DNA of 24,674 bases, taken from positions 1 through 24,674 of the forward strand of contig CALGKV010000079.1 in the NCBI GenBank assembly GCA_937930465.1, given 5' to 3'. The translations under genes and the position numbers were made by a program. Shown one piece after another: positions 7,869 through 16,680 of the stretch (the stretch's first letter is position 1; each line of letters begins with the position of its first letter). The notes below the pieces were generated by a model that saw only the letters and a list, made by a program, of their open reading frames with translations, did no database searches and was not told where the DNA came from. The DNA comes from Methanosuratincolales archaeon (GTDB taxonomy: Archaea > Thermoproteota > Methanomethylicia > Methanomethylicales > Methanomethylicaceae).

Positions 7869-9156
7869 CAGGGCATTCGCGGTCGTGAGGGAGAGCGTGA
7901 TCGATGGGGCTGTCAGGGCACCCCCTTCAAAGAGTTTCACACAGAGGGCGGTGGCGTGCGCATTGATATCGGAGGGCAGGACCGAAATTTTGGGCCCTTC
8001 TACCTCGGACGACGGCAGGGTGGCAGCCAGGATCGCAAAAAGCTTGGGAGCGAGGATCAAGACAGGAAATGGGGGGTGGCTAGTGGATCCCCCGTCCAGA
8101 CCCGAGGCCCCTGAAGAGGTAGTAGACTGCGGCGGGTCGGCGACCTCAATGAGGATCTTCACCGCGATCGCGGCGCTTTCGGAGGGGGCGACCGTACTCA
8201 CAGGGGACGAGTCCCTCAGGAGGCGCCCTGTCGGCGAGCTTTTGGAGGCGATGAATGCGCTAGGCGCGAGGTGCTTCTCGACCAAGCACAACGGCCTACC
8301 TCCCGTAGTAGTGGAGGGGGGAGGGTTCAGGGGAGGAGATGTGTCGATCCGCGGGGACGTGAGCTCGCAGTACATCTCAGCGCTGATAGTTGCCTGCACA
8401 AGGGGGGATTCAGGGACCTCGATACAGGTGATCGGGAACCTGGAATCGTCAGACTATGTCAGGATGAGCATAGACGTCCTGAGGCAGTTCGGAGGGGCAG
8501 CTTTCCCAGACTTTGACGCCAAGAGATTCATAATCCCTGGAAGGCAGTCACTCAAGGGTTGCAGATTCGTCGTCGAGGGGGACTACTCCTCTGCTGCGTT
8601 CATAATCGCGGCTGGTGCGCTTGCAGGAAACGCCTCTGTCACCGGGCTCAACCCTAGAACGTCCCAGGGGGACCGGAGGCTGCTGGAAATAATCGGCAGG
8701 ATGGGCGGCACCGTGTCGGTCGAGGGCGGCGCCGTCACTTCGCTCCGCGATAGGCTCAGGGGGATCGAGGTAGACTGCTCGGAGGTGCCAGACCTAGTGC
8801 CGGTTCTGGGAGTGCTGGCCACTCAGGCAGAGGGGGTAACAGTTCTAAGGAAGACCGGCCGGCTCAGGATAAAGGAGAGCGACAGGGTGGAGGGCCTGGT
8901 GAGTATGATAAACAAGTTTGGGGGGATAGCCCGAGTAGATGGGCAGGACATCATAATAAAAGGCCCTACGCGCATGAACGGCACAGAGATCGATCCTAAG
9001 GGGGACCACAGGCTAGCAATGGCCGCTGCTGTAGCGGGGCTCATCGCAAAGGGCGAGACTGTGATCCATAATGCTGGGTGCGTTTCGAAGAGCTACCCCA
9101 GTTTCTTCTCGGATCTGAAAAGCCTAGGGGCGGGCGTAGAGGTGAGGATCGGATGA
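7858..9156 (+). CDS. aroA: 3-phosphoshikimate 1-carboxyvinyltransferase (EPSP synthase), 432 aa
   Basis: PPSKS, LRRRP, SSQYISAL, DYSSA, PDLVP, RIKESDR, DHRLAMA, KSYPSF. TTG 7858 has SD GGGGTG 7 nt upstream. Confidence 0.96.
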   Translation: MAGSRAFAVVRESVIDGAVRAPPSKSFTQRAVACALISEGRTEILGPSTSDDGRVAARIAKSLGARIKTGNGGWLVDPPSRPEAPEEVVDCGGSATSMRIFTAIAALSEGATVLTGDESLRRRPVGELLEAMNALGARCFSTKHNGLPPVVVEGGGFRGGDVSIRGDVSSQYISALIVACTRGDSGTSIQVIGNLESSDYVRMSIDVLRQFGGAAFPDFDAKRFIIPGRQSLKGCRFVVEGDYSSAAFIIAAGALAGNASVTGLNPRTSQGDRRLLEIIGRMGGTVSVEGGAVTSLRDRLRGIEVDCSEVPDLVPVLGVLATQAEGVTVLRKTGRLRIKESDRVEGLVSMINKFGGIARVDGQDIIIKGPTRMNGTEIDPKGDHRLAMAAAVAGLIAKGETVIHNAGCVSKSYPSFFSDLKSLGAGVEVRIG

Positions 9157-10256
9157 GCTTTGGGTTCGGCAAGGAATTCAGGGTGACGGTCTTCGGGGAG
9201 TCCCACGGCACTTGTGTCGGGGCGGTCGTCGAGGGATGCCCTGCAGGGCTCCCTTTGGAAGAGGGGGACATACAGCGCGAGCTCGACAGGCGCAAGCCAG
9301 GCGGGCGGCACTCGAGTGCAAGGGGCGAGCCGGACAGGATCAGGCTGATCAGCGGCATATGCGGCGGCAGGACCAATGGCGGCCCGATCACGATGCTGGT
9401 GGAGAACGAAGATGTGGACTCTTCGTGGTACGAAGAGAACAGGCACCTCCCGAGACCGGGCCACTCGGACTTCCCAGCATATGTGAAGTACGGCGGCATG
9501 AACGACTACAGGGGAGGCGGGTTTTTCTCAGGAAGGATGACCGCGCCCCTTGTCATGGGAGGGGCGGTGGCGAAGAGGCTGCTCTCAACTTTAGGAGTCA
9601 AGGTCATCGGCCACATCGTGCAGATCGGGAGGATCAGGCTATTGGAGCAGGTGAGCGACCAGGCAATAGAGGCTGCAACTTTGAGAGGCGCAATATGCGC
9701 GGACACGGGAACCGCAAGGGAATTTGAGGGCGAGATCGACAGGGTTGCCAAGGAAGGCGATTCGGTCGGCGGGGTTGTCGAATGCAGGGTACTCAACTTG
9801 CCAACGGGAGTCGGGGAGCCCTTCTTCGATTCGGTTGAGAGCACCATAGCGCACGGGGTCTTCAGTATCCCCGGGGTAAAGGGGGTGGAGTTTGGAGCAG
9901 GGTTCGGCTTCGCATCGATGAGGGGATCAGAGGCAAACGATACCATCGTCGCCAGGGACGGCAAGTTTGAGACGGAGACGAACAGGTCTGGCGGGGTGCA
10001 GGGGGGTCTAACCACGGGTATGCCGCTCTTGTTCAGGGTCGCCGTGAAGCCAACGCCTTCAATAAGGAAGGAGCAGAGGACAGTCGACATGAGGACGATG
10101 CAGGAGGCGACCATAAAAGTAGGCGGCAGGCACGACCCGTGCATAGCGGTGAGGGCTGTCCCGGTGGTCGAGGCGGTCGCCGCGGTCTGCATTGCGGACC
10201 TGATGGCAAGGGACGGAAAGATACCGAGGAGGATTGGTGGTAAGATTGGGAATTGA
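9153..10256 (+). CDS. aroC: Chorismate synthase, 367 aa
   Basis: FGESHG, RRKPG, RPGHSD, GGVQGG, RHDPC. ATG 9153 has SD GAGGTGA and an ATGA overlap with aroA. Confidence 0.97.
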   Translation: MSFGFGKEFRVTVFGESHGTCVGAVVEGCPAGLPLEEGDIQRELDRRKPGGRHSSARGEPDRIRLISGICGGRTNGGPITMLVENEDVDSSWYEENRHLPRPGHSDFPAYVKYGGMNDYRGGGFFSGRMTAPLVMGGAVAKRLLSTLGVKVIGHIVQIGRIRLLEQVSDQAIEAATLRGAICADTGTAREFEGEIDRVAKEGDSVGGVVECRVLNLPTGVGEPFFDSVESTIAHGVFSIPGVKGVEFGAGFGFASMRGSEANDTIVARDGKFETETNRSGGVQGGLTTGMPLLFRVAVKPTPSIRKEQRTVDMRTMQEATIKVGGRHDPCIAVRAVPVVEAVAAVCIADLMARDGKIPRRIGGKIGN

Positions 10257-11304
10257 GGAGATCAGGAAAGAGATAGACAAGATAGACGAGGAGATAGTGA
10301 GACTGCTGAACGAGAGGGTGGCGGCGTGCAAGAAGGCAGGCGTAGCCAAGGGAGGGATCGATATATTTGACGTGGACCGCGAAAGGAGGGTCTTGGAGAG
10401 AGTCGCATCCAGATCCGAGGAGGCCCCTATTGAGGGGGTACGTGCGGTCTACAGGGAAGTCATCTCGATGTGCCGCAGGGTCCAGAGGCCGATCACAGTC
10501 GCTTTCTTGGGGCCTGAGGGAAGCTTCTCCCACGAGGTGGCTTCTAAGCACTTCGGAACATCCTCGAAGCTTCTGCCGAGCAGAAGGATAAGGAACATCT
10601 TCACAGAAGTCGATCTTGGGGGGGCGGACTTAGGGGTTGTGCCATTCGAGAACTCGATCGAGGGCGCTGTCAATGACACCTTGGACTGCTTCGTCGAGTA
10701 CCCGGTCTCGATAGTCGGCGAGGCCCTCTTCAGGATCAACCAGAACCTGATCGTGGACCCAGAGGTGACCGCGCTCAGCCAGATAGAGAGGGTCTATTCT
10801 CACCCTCAAGCGCTTGCCCAGTGCGACGGCTACATCACGAAGCACCTTAACGACAAGGAGATCGTCGTCACCGAGTCGACAGCCAGGGCCGTGGAGCACA
10901 TCCTGAGGGACCCGAAGGGGGCAGCCATCGGCAGCAAGGTGGCTGCAGAGCTCAACGATCTGAAGATCTTCGAGGCAGGTATCGAGGACTCGCCAAACAA
11001 CTACACAAGGTTCGTCGTGATAAAGAAGGGGGGTGTTGCCGAGGGAGGGAACAAGACATCGCTGATACTCTCAATAGATCACGTCCCCGGATCTCTGGCT
11101 GCGGTGCTTAACTGCTTTGCTAAGAACGGAATCAATGTGACCATGATACTCTCGAGGCCGCTCTACATGAAGCCATGGGAGTACCTCTTCTTCATTGATT
11201 TTGAAGGGAATCTAGGTGATGAGAAATGCAGGAATGCAATGGAGGAACTAAAGAAGAAGACGAGGTTCCTGAGGATACTAGGAAGTTACTCAGAGTTGCT
11301 GTGA
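10234..11304 (+). CDS. pheA: Chorismate mutase / prephenate dehydratase with ACT domain
   Basis: AroQ-type N-terminus (IRKEIDKIDEEIVRLLNER), LGPEGSFSH, PFENSIEG, SHPQALAQC, NYTRF, C-terminal ACT domain. Start could be TTG 10234, GTG 10237 or TTG 10246. Confidence 0.95.
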   Translation: MVVRLGIEEIRKEIDKIDEEIVRLLNERVAACKKAGVAKGGIDIFDVDRERRVLERVASRSEEAPIEGVRAVYREVISMCRRVQRPITVAFLGPEGSFSHEVASKHFGTSSKLLPSRRIRNIFTEVDLGGADLGVVPFENSIEGAVNDTLDCFVEYPVSIVGEALFRINQNLIVDPEVTALSQIERVYSHPQALAQCDGYITKHLNDKEIVVTESTARAVEHILRDPKGAAIGSKVAAELNDLKIFEAGIEDSPNNYTRFVVIKKGGVAEGGNKTSLILSIDHVPGSLAAVLNCFAKNGINVTMILSRPLYMKPWEYLFFIDFEGNLGDEKCRNAMEELKKKTRFLRILGSYSELL

Positions 11305-12017
11305 TTGGGACCGGGAAGATGGGGAGGTGCCTCTCCACACTGCTCAGGGATCAAGCCGATGTAACGCTGCACAGCAGGGATCTCAGGAAGGGAAGGGCGA
11401 TAGCCAAGAGGGTCGGGGTGTGCAGTTCAGAAATCAAAGCGATCTCGGAGAGCGACGTGGTGATAGCCACGATGCCGACCGGGGCAATCCCAGGATTCCT
11501 AGAGGAGTCTGCAGGAAGCATGCGCCCCGGCGCAGCCTTCGTAGATGTCTCGTCCGTTAAATGTGGAGTGGTAGAGGAGGTCCTAAAGAGGCTGCCGGAA
11601 TGGGTCGGGTACGTCAGCATCCATCCGCTCTTCACCTCGCCCAAGGTGAAGGAAAAGGACGTGGCATTCATCCCAGTCAGGGGCACGGCGAACGTTTATA
11701 GGTTCTTGGAAACCCTCTCGAGGTCAGGGATGCGCCTATTCGAGACTTCCTCCGAAGAGCACGATCGTGCCACAGCCATAACGCAGGTGCTCCACCACTT
11801 TGCGCTGCTCACGATGGATAAGGTGCTCCAAAGGCACATGAGTTCCTCGGAAAAATTCACGACTCACAGCCTTAGGAAGACGCTGGCAGTGATGAGGCTG
11901 GTCAAGGGCAACCGCGACACAGCGGTAATGATCCAAAGGCTGAACAAATTCGGGAAGAGCATCAGAATGGAGTACATAAAGGAAGCCGAGGCGCTGGACC
12001 GAGAGTTGTCAGATTGA
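11226..12017 (+). CDS. tyrA: Prephenate/arogenate dehydrogenase (TyrA family)
   Basis: Rossmann motif RVAVIGTGKMG, DVSSVK, HPLF, EEHDR, QVLHHF. Start uncertain (ATG 11226 vs GTG 11301). Confidence 0.88.
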   Translation: MQECNGGTKEEDEVPEDTRKLLRVAVIGTGKMGRCLSTLLRDQADVTLHSRDLRKGRAIAKRVGVCSSEIKAISESDVVIATMPTGAIPGFLEESAGSMRPGAAFVDVSSVKCGVVEEVLKRLPEWVGYVSIHPLFTSPKVKEKDVAFIPVRGTANVYRFLETLSRSGMRLFETSSEEHDRATAITQVLHHFALLTMDKVLQRHMSSSEKFTTHSLRKTLAVMRLVKGNRDTAVMIQRLNKFGKSIRMEYIKEAEALDRELSD

Positions 12018-12050
12018 TTGCATAAGACCATGCGGTTCCCTAATCGACGA

Positions 12051-12067
12051 TTTTTTGCCCCTTTTTT
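12051..12067 (+). terminator. Tandem oligo-T tracts ending the aromatic operon
   Basis: TTTTTT at 12051-12056 and 12062-12067, 33-50 nt after the tyrA stop. Confidence 0.6.
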
Positions 12068-12144
12068 CTCAGCCAAAATGGCGAGATCAGATCAGTGGCA
12101 AAGAAAAATTAGGGAAGGGGCACCTTCTATAGTGGAGTGGTAAT

Positions 12145-13869
12145 ATGGACGCCCTGCTTGGCTTCACTCTGTCACTTTTGGCGGCCGCAATCGTCGCGCT
12201 GGCATTGAAACGGGCGAATGTTTCACCAGTCGCAGGGTATATTCTCGCAGGGTTGCTCATCGGGCCCGTCTTCAGGGTGGTGGATCCTTCTTCAGAATAC
12301 ATTGCTATCGCGAGCAACATCGGAATAGCGCTCATCTCATTCGAGATTGGCCTGACCGCAAAACTAGGGTTCCTGAGGCGCCACACTCAAGAGGTAGGCA
12401 TGACGGCGCTGATTGAGTTCCTTGCAATAACGTTCCTCGCAGCAGTTATAGGGATCACACTGGGGCTCCCCATAATCATTAGCGTAATCCTCGGACTGAT
12501 GGCGCTCAACACCAGCACAGCCATAGCTTTCAAGCTTGTGGAGTCGACCAAGAAGTTATCCGGGCGAGACTCGTTGCAAATACTAGGTACAGGCACTATA
12601 GAAGACATAATCGTAATGACTGGCATATCGCTCATCCCCGCCTTTGCACAACTAGGGCGCCTGGAGATAGAAAGCGTCTTTTACCAAATCTCCTTCGTGA
12701 TCATCACTGTCCTCGTGACTCTAGTCGTGAGCCTGCAGGTCCTGCCCAAGATATTCGCTTTCATATCAAAGGGCAACGACCAAGAGATCACGGTGCTGCT
12801 GCTCCTTGCAACAGCAATCGGATTTGGTTGGCTAGGCAGCTACATGGGGATCTCCTTCGCCTTGGGCGCTTTCATAGCGGGGCTCGTGATCTCTTCGATT
12901 GATTTGCCTAGTGAAGTGATGAATAGGATGATCTCACTCAGGGACCTCTTTGCAATACTGTTCTTCATATCTGTGGGACTATCAATACCAGTGATAGAGA
13001 GCCTCGCAGGCGTGGCATATGCAATAGCCATCGCGGCTGCTGTCATTTGCCTGAAGTTCGTATCTTTCACGTCAGCAGCCTGGTTGAGCGGGAGAAGGCT
13101 AGAAAAAGCGATCAGGATGGGGTTCTACATGATCCCAATCAGCGAGTTCGCGCTCATAGTTGCGAGCGAAGGCTACAGGTATGGTTTCATTGGCAGTGAC
13201 TTTTTCATGGCATCCGCATTTGCAGTCATCATATCCGTTGTTGCTGCATCGAAGCTTGTTCAAAAGGATGAGGAATACGCAAACAAGGTCGCCTCGTTTG
13301 CCCCCCCCAGGGTGAGAAATGGCGTCGAGACACTCGCTATTCAGATGCTAAGATTTTTGAACAGGATTGTGCTGAGGGCAGGGGAAGAAAGGGTTCACCT
13401 GATCGGAATCGGGAGCAAGATAGCAGTAATAATCGTCATTACATCGATTGGGGCCTTGGCTATTCAGCTCTTGAATGAGTTGCCCCTGATATCCGAGTTT
13501 ATTATGATTCTACAGGTCCTAGTCGCTTCGGTTGTATCGATGACAATAGCAGTTGAAATCTTTAGGCTCGCTCGCAGCATCCACATGATGACGGAACGTG
13601 TGCTGCAAAAGAGGGGGGAGGAGGCAAGCAAGGTCCTAAGGGTGTTCAGGAATGTTGTCTATCTAGTCACCTTGCTACTCTTAGCCATGATAGTAATCCT
13701 CAGCTCAGCAGCGATAGTCAGAAGGCTGTTGCAAGATTTGGGCTCGTTTACAGCCAACACACTTTCCTTTGCCATCATATTCTCATTGGCTCTAATAGCT
13801 TTCTACTTCTCCTACAGCAAGGTAAGGAAGATGCTTGAAACATTGGAAGGAATAATCGACAGGATTTAG
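12145..13869 (+). CDS. CPA2-family cation:proton antiporter (KefB-like) with extra C-terminal membrane segment
   Basis: Hydrophobic N-terminal ~370 aa with GYILAGLLIGP, SFEIGL, IED, ALGAFIAG, LRDLFAILFFISVG and ISEFALIVA, followed by ~4 more hydrophobic helices. Confidence 0.85.
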   Translation: MDALLGFTLSLLAAAIVALALKRANVSPVAGYILAGLLIGPVFRVVDPSSEYIAIASNIGIALISFEIGLTAKLGFLRRHTQEVGMTALIEFLAITFLAAVIGITLGLPIIISVILGLMALNTSTAIAFKLVESTKKLSGRDSLQILGTGTIEDIIVMTGISLIPAFAQLGRLEIESVFYQISFVIITVLVTLVVSLQVLPKIFAFISKGNDQEITVLLLLATAIGFGWLGSYMGISFALGAFIAGLVISSIDLPSEVMNRMISLRDLFAILFFISVGLSIPVIESLAGVAYAIAIAAAVICLKFVSFTSAAWLSGRRLEKAIRMGFYMIPISEFALIVASEGYRYGFIGSDFFMASAFAVIISVVAASKLVQKDEEYANKVASFAPPRVRNGVETLAIQMLRFLNRIVLRAGEERVHLIGIGSKIAVIIVITSIGALAIQLLNELPLISEFIMILQVLVASVVSMTIAVEIFRLARSIHMMTERVLQKRGEEASKVLRVFRNVVYLVTLLLLAMIVILSSAAIVRRLLQDLGSFTANTLSFAIIFSLALIAFYFSYSKVRKMLETLEGIIDRI

Positions 13870-13879
13870 GAATGCGTTT

Positions 13880-15505
13880 TCATGTAGGAAGATCGGCGAA
13901 GATTTTCCTAAACTGTTTTTTGGCGAGGCTGAAAAAAACCGAAGAAGCGATCATCCCGAAAGCCAAAGACATGGCAAGCGATGGATAGAGCCCGTAGCCG
14001 ATGCCCATGAATATGAACAACAGAACAGGAGATGCCGTAGCAATTCCCGCCGCGCCAAGCACCAGCATCGAAATGAGAATGCCCGTACCTGTGATGTAGC
14101 TGCTCTGGGGCTTCTCAGTTAGATCCGGGTATTTCGAGCCAAAATAGAGACCTATGCTTACAGAAATGCATGCCATGGCAACACTTATAACAAGCAAGCT
14201 TGTGGCGGCGTTTGATCCGAAATTGAACGCAAGAGAGAAGACCCCCGAATAGCCCAAGGCCAAGATCAGCGAAAGGGAGACCGGCAAAATGGCTTTTGCC
14301 CTGAAGTACGACACGGGATCAACCGGCGAAGCGAATATGCGCCACAAAGCCTTGCCCTCCTGCCCTATCGACATGGCTGATAAGAAGAGCCCGAAGATGC
14401 CAGTGCCAATGAGTGAGAACATACCGGCATAGCCGTACAATTCGTAGCGATCCATAGGCCCAGTTGTGAGGAGCAATGGAATCACCATTATGAGAGGGAT
14501 CGACCAGAACCTCACCATTTCCTTCCTTCTTGACAGCGACCTCAAGTCCTTGGATACTACTGCCAGTTCAGCCTGGGTGAAAAAAATGCTGCCAAGACCG
14601 ATCCCAAACCCAGAGCCCGCGCGTGGCTTTGCTTCGGAACGGGGCATCTTTATCGTGACGGGCACAGGAACCCAATATCTCGACCTCACGGCAACAGCGC
14701 CTAGCATCATTGCAGCACCAAAGAGCAGCGTTATCGCAAAGAAAAAAACTGCGGATGATAAATTGCCTGCCGACGTTTCCGCGACGACTATCGAGGGCCA
14801 AATCAATGGCACGAAGCATAGCCCCTGGATCCTCGGTGCGATGGTCTCGAGAACCCTGAAAAATAAGCCCGGATTGAAAAATATCTGCGAGATGGCAAGG
14901 ACGATCACAATCAGCACGGCCCTTGATAAGATGGCAGCCCTCCCGCTCCTCTTTGAGAACGTCGAGGAGATACGATTCACGACAGATTTGATCATTTCCG
15001 AGATGAAGCCCCCAACTGTCGCGCAGAAAAGTGCCAACAACGAGGAGAGCGCCCAGGCACCGATCAATTCAAACCTGGCTGCCAAGGCCAGGGAGATGCC
15101 TAGCACGGCGGCAACTATGTAGCTGTAAGAGAGGACTGTCGAGAGGGAGGACGCGATGACATAGTCGAAGGAGGAGATGGGCATGTAGTTCACCATTTCG
15201 CTCGAGGCGTACTGCGCGTTGTCTCCTATGACGAAGAACAACCCGTAGAGCACCACGAACGAAAGCGCGATCAGCGGCACCGAGGAGAGCAGCTGCAGCG
15301 AAATTGCCCGCAAATATGTGATTTCGGATCCTGGAACGGCACCAAGAAAGGCATAGAGAGCGGAGGAGGCGGCAACAAAAACGAGTACGGAAAGTTGGAT
15401 CAGCCGATCCGGTTTCGAAAACCAGCCCCTCGAGATTTCGCCCCGGGTCCTTATCTGGGAAAGGAGTAAAATCAGCAGGAGAGCCCTTACCCTGGACGCC
15501 CTCAT
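13880..15505 (-). CDS. ABC exporter / ABC-2-type multi-pass permease
   Basis: 541 aa, many TM segments with an internal two-fold pattern; ATGA overlap with the ABC ATPase. Confidence 0.8.
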   Translation of the reverse strand: MRASRVRALLLILLLSQIRTRGEISRGWFSKPDRLIQLSVLVFVAASSALYAFLGAVPGSEITYLRAISLQLLSSVPLIALSFVVLYGLFFVIGDNAQYASSEMVNYMPISSFDYVIASSLSTVLSYSYIVAAVLGISLALAARFELIGAWALSSLLALFCATVGGFISEMIKSVVNRISSTFSKRSGRAAILSRAVLIVIVLAISQIFFNPGLFFRVLETIAPRIQGLCFVPLIWPSIVVAETSAGNLSSAVFFFAITLLFGAAMMLGAVAVRSRYWVPVPVTIKMPRSEAKPRAGSGFGIGLGSIFFTQAELAVVSKDLRSLSRRKEMVRFWSIPLIMVIPLLLTTGPMDRYELYGYAGMFSLIGTGIFGLFLSAMSIGQEGKALWRIFASPVDPVSYFRAKAILPVSLSLILALGYSGVFSLAFNFGSNAATSLLVISVAMACISVSIGLYFGSKYPDLTEKPQSSYITGTGILISMLVLGAAGIATASPVLLFIFMGIGYGLYPSLAMSLAFGMIASSVFFSLAKKQFRKIFADLPT

Positions 15506-16269
15506 CTGCTTAGCTCCTCCACAACCGATCGGACATCAAACCCTCCAGTTAGCATGAAGAAGATATCCTCGAGGCTGGATCCTTTCATGCCTGCCCTCGC
15601 CTTCAGCTCATCCATGGTACCCTCTGAGACAAGCGAACCTCGGTAAAGTATTGCGATCCTATTGCATATGGCTTGCGCAATCTCCAAGACATGAGTGCTG
15701 AATATAGTTGTCACCCCCTCCCTGCTCAGCCTATTCAATAGGTCTTTGACGATCTTGGCAGATCGGGGATCCAACCCGTTGAGCGGCTCGTCCATTATTA
15801 GAAGCCGGGGCCTGTGGAGCAGGGATCCGATTATCGCCACCTTCTGGCGCATCCCTTGGGAGTACCCGCTGAGCATCTCGTCCTCCCTGCCCGAGAGGTC
15901 GAAAGCATCTAGAAAATGCCCTATCCTGTCCCTTTTTCCTTCCTTGTCTAGCCCGTACAGGTCAGACACGAACTCGAGGTACTCCCGTGCGGTCAAGAAA
16001 TCATACAGGCGCGGGTTCTCGGGCACATATCCTATAATGCGCCTGACATCTAGTGGCCTTTCATAAGGTCGAAGACCGAAGATCGAGATCTCCCCGCCAT
16101 CCGGTCGGATCAGCCCCACTATAATCTTCATGAGGGTGCTCTTCCCCGATCCATTCGGTCCCAGCAGACCGTAAACCTGGCCCTCCTCAATTTTGATGGA
16201 TAGGTTGCTTATTGCCTTGACTGGCCCAAAATTTTTTGTTAATGAGGAAGCGTTGACTGCAACTTTCAT
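15502..16269 (-). CDS. ABC transporter ATP-binding protein
   Basis: Walker A GPNGSGKST, signature YSQGMRQK, Walker B LIMDEP, H-loop STH. Confidence 0.95.
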   Translation of the reverse strand: MKVAVNASSLTKNFGPVKAISNLSIKIEEGQVYGLLGPNGSGKSTLMKIIVGLIRPDGGEISIFGLRPYERPLDVRRIIGYVPENPRLYDFLTAREYLEFVSDLYGLDKEGKRDRIGHFLDAFDLSGREDEMLSGYSQGMRQKVAIIGSLLHRPRLLIMDEPLNGLDPRSAKIVKDLLNRLSREGVTTIFSTHVLEIAQAICNRIAILYRGSLVSEGTMDELKARAGMKGSSLEDIFFMLTGGFDVRSVVEELSR

Positions 16270-16680
16270 TGGACAAGTTCTCCGTTAATCTAAAAATTAA
16301 AGTTCTTGATATAAAATCTTTTTTATTTAAAAAGGAGCTATGGCTTCTTATTACCAAAAGCTTTCTTAAGGAACTCATTAAGTCACTTCAAATTTTCCGC
16401 TTCTAGTTGAACCACCCAAGACCGACAAATATTAGAGCGGTTTTTATAATTTAGCTCGAATATTTGATGCACCTTACTTAATTTAATAAACTAGCAGCGT
16501 CGGCATTTTGAATGGGAAAAAAACTTTCCTTGAACGGGATAACCATAGGTAGACCTATCCTTGAATGCCAATGCCGTAGATTTTTGTATGGCAGCATCTA
16601 TTTTTGTGCAAAAACTGTATCAAGTTGAGCAGCAAAAAACTCAATATCAGAACGCAACGCTACAGGAAAACAAAGCGGGA

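Noticed and set aside
3496-10192. Long antisense ORFs (3496-4170, 7578-8399, 9506-10192 and others)
   Set aside because: They mirror well-supported sense genes, are Ser/Pro/Thr-rich as expected from this codon bias, and contain no motifs.
16270-16680. AT-rich 410 bp intergenic region as a possible replication origin
   Set aside because: No ORB or mini-ORB-like repeats and no cdc6/orc1 nearby. It is explained by the ABC promoter and the terminator of the upstream gene.
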